Of a DNA stretch of 64,000 bases, positions 62,116 through 64,000 are shown piece after piece; the first letter of the stretch is position 1, and every line of letters begins with the position of its first letter. The stretch is from Podarcis bocagei. Its lineage: Eukaryota. Position numbers and translations under genes: made by a program. The stretch is from NCBI GenBank assembly GCA_964188305.1, contig OZ076886.1. One strand, given 5' to 3'. The notes beneath the pieces are model-generated. The model saw nothing but the letters and a program-made list of their open reading frames with translations. It had not been told where the DNA came from and searched no databases.

Positions 62116-62512
62116 CAGAAACACAGAAAGCAGGTGACCAAGAGGTGTTCAGAAGCAAGCCAAAGATTCATGCAGGCACTAACCTCTCATCTTCTGGAAA
62201 AGAGTTCCTACCACATTGCTGCAGAGTAAAAATACAAAGCAATATAAAGTTATCTCTCTGTGTGTGTCTCTAGCATTCCCCTTCTACCTGGGCTTCTCTC
62301 GATGCAAAGCCCTTCTTCCTGCCACATTTTACTACCTTCCTTCTGTTTTGTTAATTTGTAAAACTGAAACGCACCGTTGCAGCAGCACCTGCTTCCCTCG
62401 CCGCTTCACTTCGATGCCAGAAGCAGCTCAAGTTTTCTGTTTCTTTTACTGCCTCTCTGCCACGGAACCTTCATTCCTTTCTCAAACTGCAGTGTGGGAA
62501 AGGGACAGATAA

Positions 62513-62691
62513 TTAACTTTTGATAGGTGCATAATCTACACTCAGGTGAGCGTGGGTGGGAGCAATACAATCAATTAACTCTGGATAAGTGGATTCTACA
62601 CCAACTGCATTGGGAGGTGAGCTGACATTTCCGGATGTTATCTCATTCATGCTACTGCTGCAGCTAGAGGTATTGAATTGCGTTGCTCTGG
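62513..62691 (-). CDS. Candidate terminal coding exon with two ITIM-consensus motifs (gene enters from the right edge)
   Basis: Acceptor ctctgcattgttccag at 62692, phase 1. Encodes ...VESTYPELIDCIAPTHAHLSVDYAPIKS*. STYPEL and VDYAPI fit S/I/V/L-x-Y-x-x-I/V/L. Confidence 0.45.
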
Positions 62692-63129
62692 CTGGAACAA
62701 TGCAGAGGTGTGCACTTGGTCCACAGAGGTAGAGGCGAGAACCAGGCGCAATATAGTGCATTTGGGTCCCACAGGCTTTGCCAAACAACCTGGCCATCCT
62801 CTTGGGCCAGGAATAAGCTGCACAAGGGAGAAAACCTAAGCCTGCACTGGATATGAAGCAATGGCATAACCAGCAGTGGGAGCCCAGTACTACAGGTTAT
62901 GGAGCAGAAGCTTGATCAAAAGCATTAGCCAAGCATTAGGCACAAACATCACCATTTGGAGTGGTGGTGAGGAATATTTTTCAGCCCAAGGACCACATTC
63001 CCTTCTGGATGGGCTACATGCCAGGGGTAGGCAGAGCTAGAGGCAAACAAGGGGAGGAGCAATAAATGTAAATTTTACCTTTGTACCATGGTCTATGTTC
63101 TGCACACACTCACACACTCCTTTCTGTCC

Positions 63130-63297
63130 CAGTGGCGTAGCGTGGGTTGTCAGCACCCGGGGCAAGGCAAGTAATTTGAGCCCCCTAACCCGTGGATTTG
63201 CGCCCCCTAACCCGTGGATTTGCACCCCCTAACCCTAACCCCCAGATGTTGCGCCCGGTGCGGCCGGCCCCCCTGCACCCCCCACGCTACGCCACTG
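63130..63297 (-). mobile_element. Second copy of the TTAGGG-containing hAT MITE
   Basis: Same TIRs, 8-bp TSD TTCTGTCC, one extra 22-bp internal unit. Confidence 0.9.
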
Positions 63298-63549
63298 TTC
63301 TGTCCTCCATACAGGCAAGCAAAAGGCATTCTTGTGGTTCAAGGACACATTCCAGCCACGCAAAAACACTCAAGGATGACATGGAACAGAGACAGTGAGG
63401 AATGTGGTTGGGGGAGAGGGACTGTGGCTGTGGAGGGGGTATGGCCAGGGTGGAGATGCCCTTTGATTCCGAATGGACAGTGGTAGGTTACTTCTAATGC
63501 ATTGAGTTTCTACTATTCCAATTCTAAAAGCCCTGTATTGGGAAGGTGT

Positions 63550-63905
63550 ATTTTTTAAATAAATGTTATTTTCCATTTTTCAAAAGTTTACAGACATACA
63601 AATTACAAACACACAAATCACATACATTTCCAATACGCATATGTGTTTGACTTCCCTCCCCTCCTTTTGTGGTTTCTTTTGAATTTTAATTTTTTATACT
63701 GCATTTTCCACATTAATCCATGTTTAAGTTATTCTTTAGTTTCTCTTGATAATATGTTTAACTGCTTGTTTTACGTAGACCCTCCTAATGAACTTATTTG
63801 CATACAAGAATTCTTCAAATATCCCACAAATTTTCTCCAATCTTTAATAATTTTCTTTACTTCTTGGCTTCTTATTACACCTGTTAGTCTTGCCATTTCA
63901 GCATA
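63550..63905 (-). mobile_element. L1-clade 3' end fragment
   Basis: T-rich tail, GACTTCCCTCCC tract, and ORF2 end (..YAEMARLT..EENLWDI) resembling the 49.2-49.8 kb L1 end. Confidence 0.6.
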
Positions 63906-64000
63906 AAATATCAGGAAGTTTTTAATGTTTGACTTTTATTATTTTTATTTTATTTTATTTTATTGCTGAAAGCTACCCAGAGTGGCTGGGGAAACCCAGT

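Noticed and set aside
1-64000. CAMKV or MST1R exons expected from mammalian ACTL11 synteny; also CRISPR, rRNA or prokaryotic systems
   Set aside because: No kinase or sema motifs were recognised. The sequence is eukaryotic with no repeat-spacer array or rRNA.

Overview
Vertebrate genomic DNA from a squamate reptile, probably a lacertid lizard. The evidence is four Sauria SINE copies, a tRNA-Lys/CR1-tailed SINE, and CR1, L2, RTE-BovB, Rex1/Babar and L1 fragments. One gene is clearly intact: an intronless 399-aa actin-like gene on + (42163-43362), most similar by recalled motifs to the ACTL11 / ACTL7-ACTL9 testis clade. On the - strand there is evidence for an unidentified spliced gene: an exon at 601-722 with two candidate in-frame upstream exons near 6.5 kb and 60.2 kb, which would place the actin-like gene antisense in an intron. 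Also on - are a compact, stop-riddled multi-exon relic at about 8.8-15.3 kb and a candidate terminal exon with two ITIM motifs at 62.5-62.7 kb. The rest is rich in transposons. These include several hAT MITEs with exact 8-bp TSDs (one family carries TTAGGG-based subterminal repeats, another CpG-island-like cargo), Tc1/mariner MITEs, a TSD-flanked 1.75-kb non-autonomous L1 derivative and nested insertions. Most short ORFs in the track are noise. All family names come from motif recognition, not database searches.
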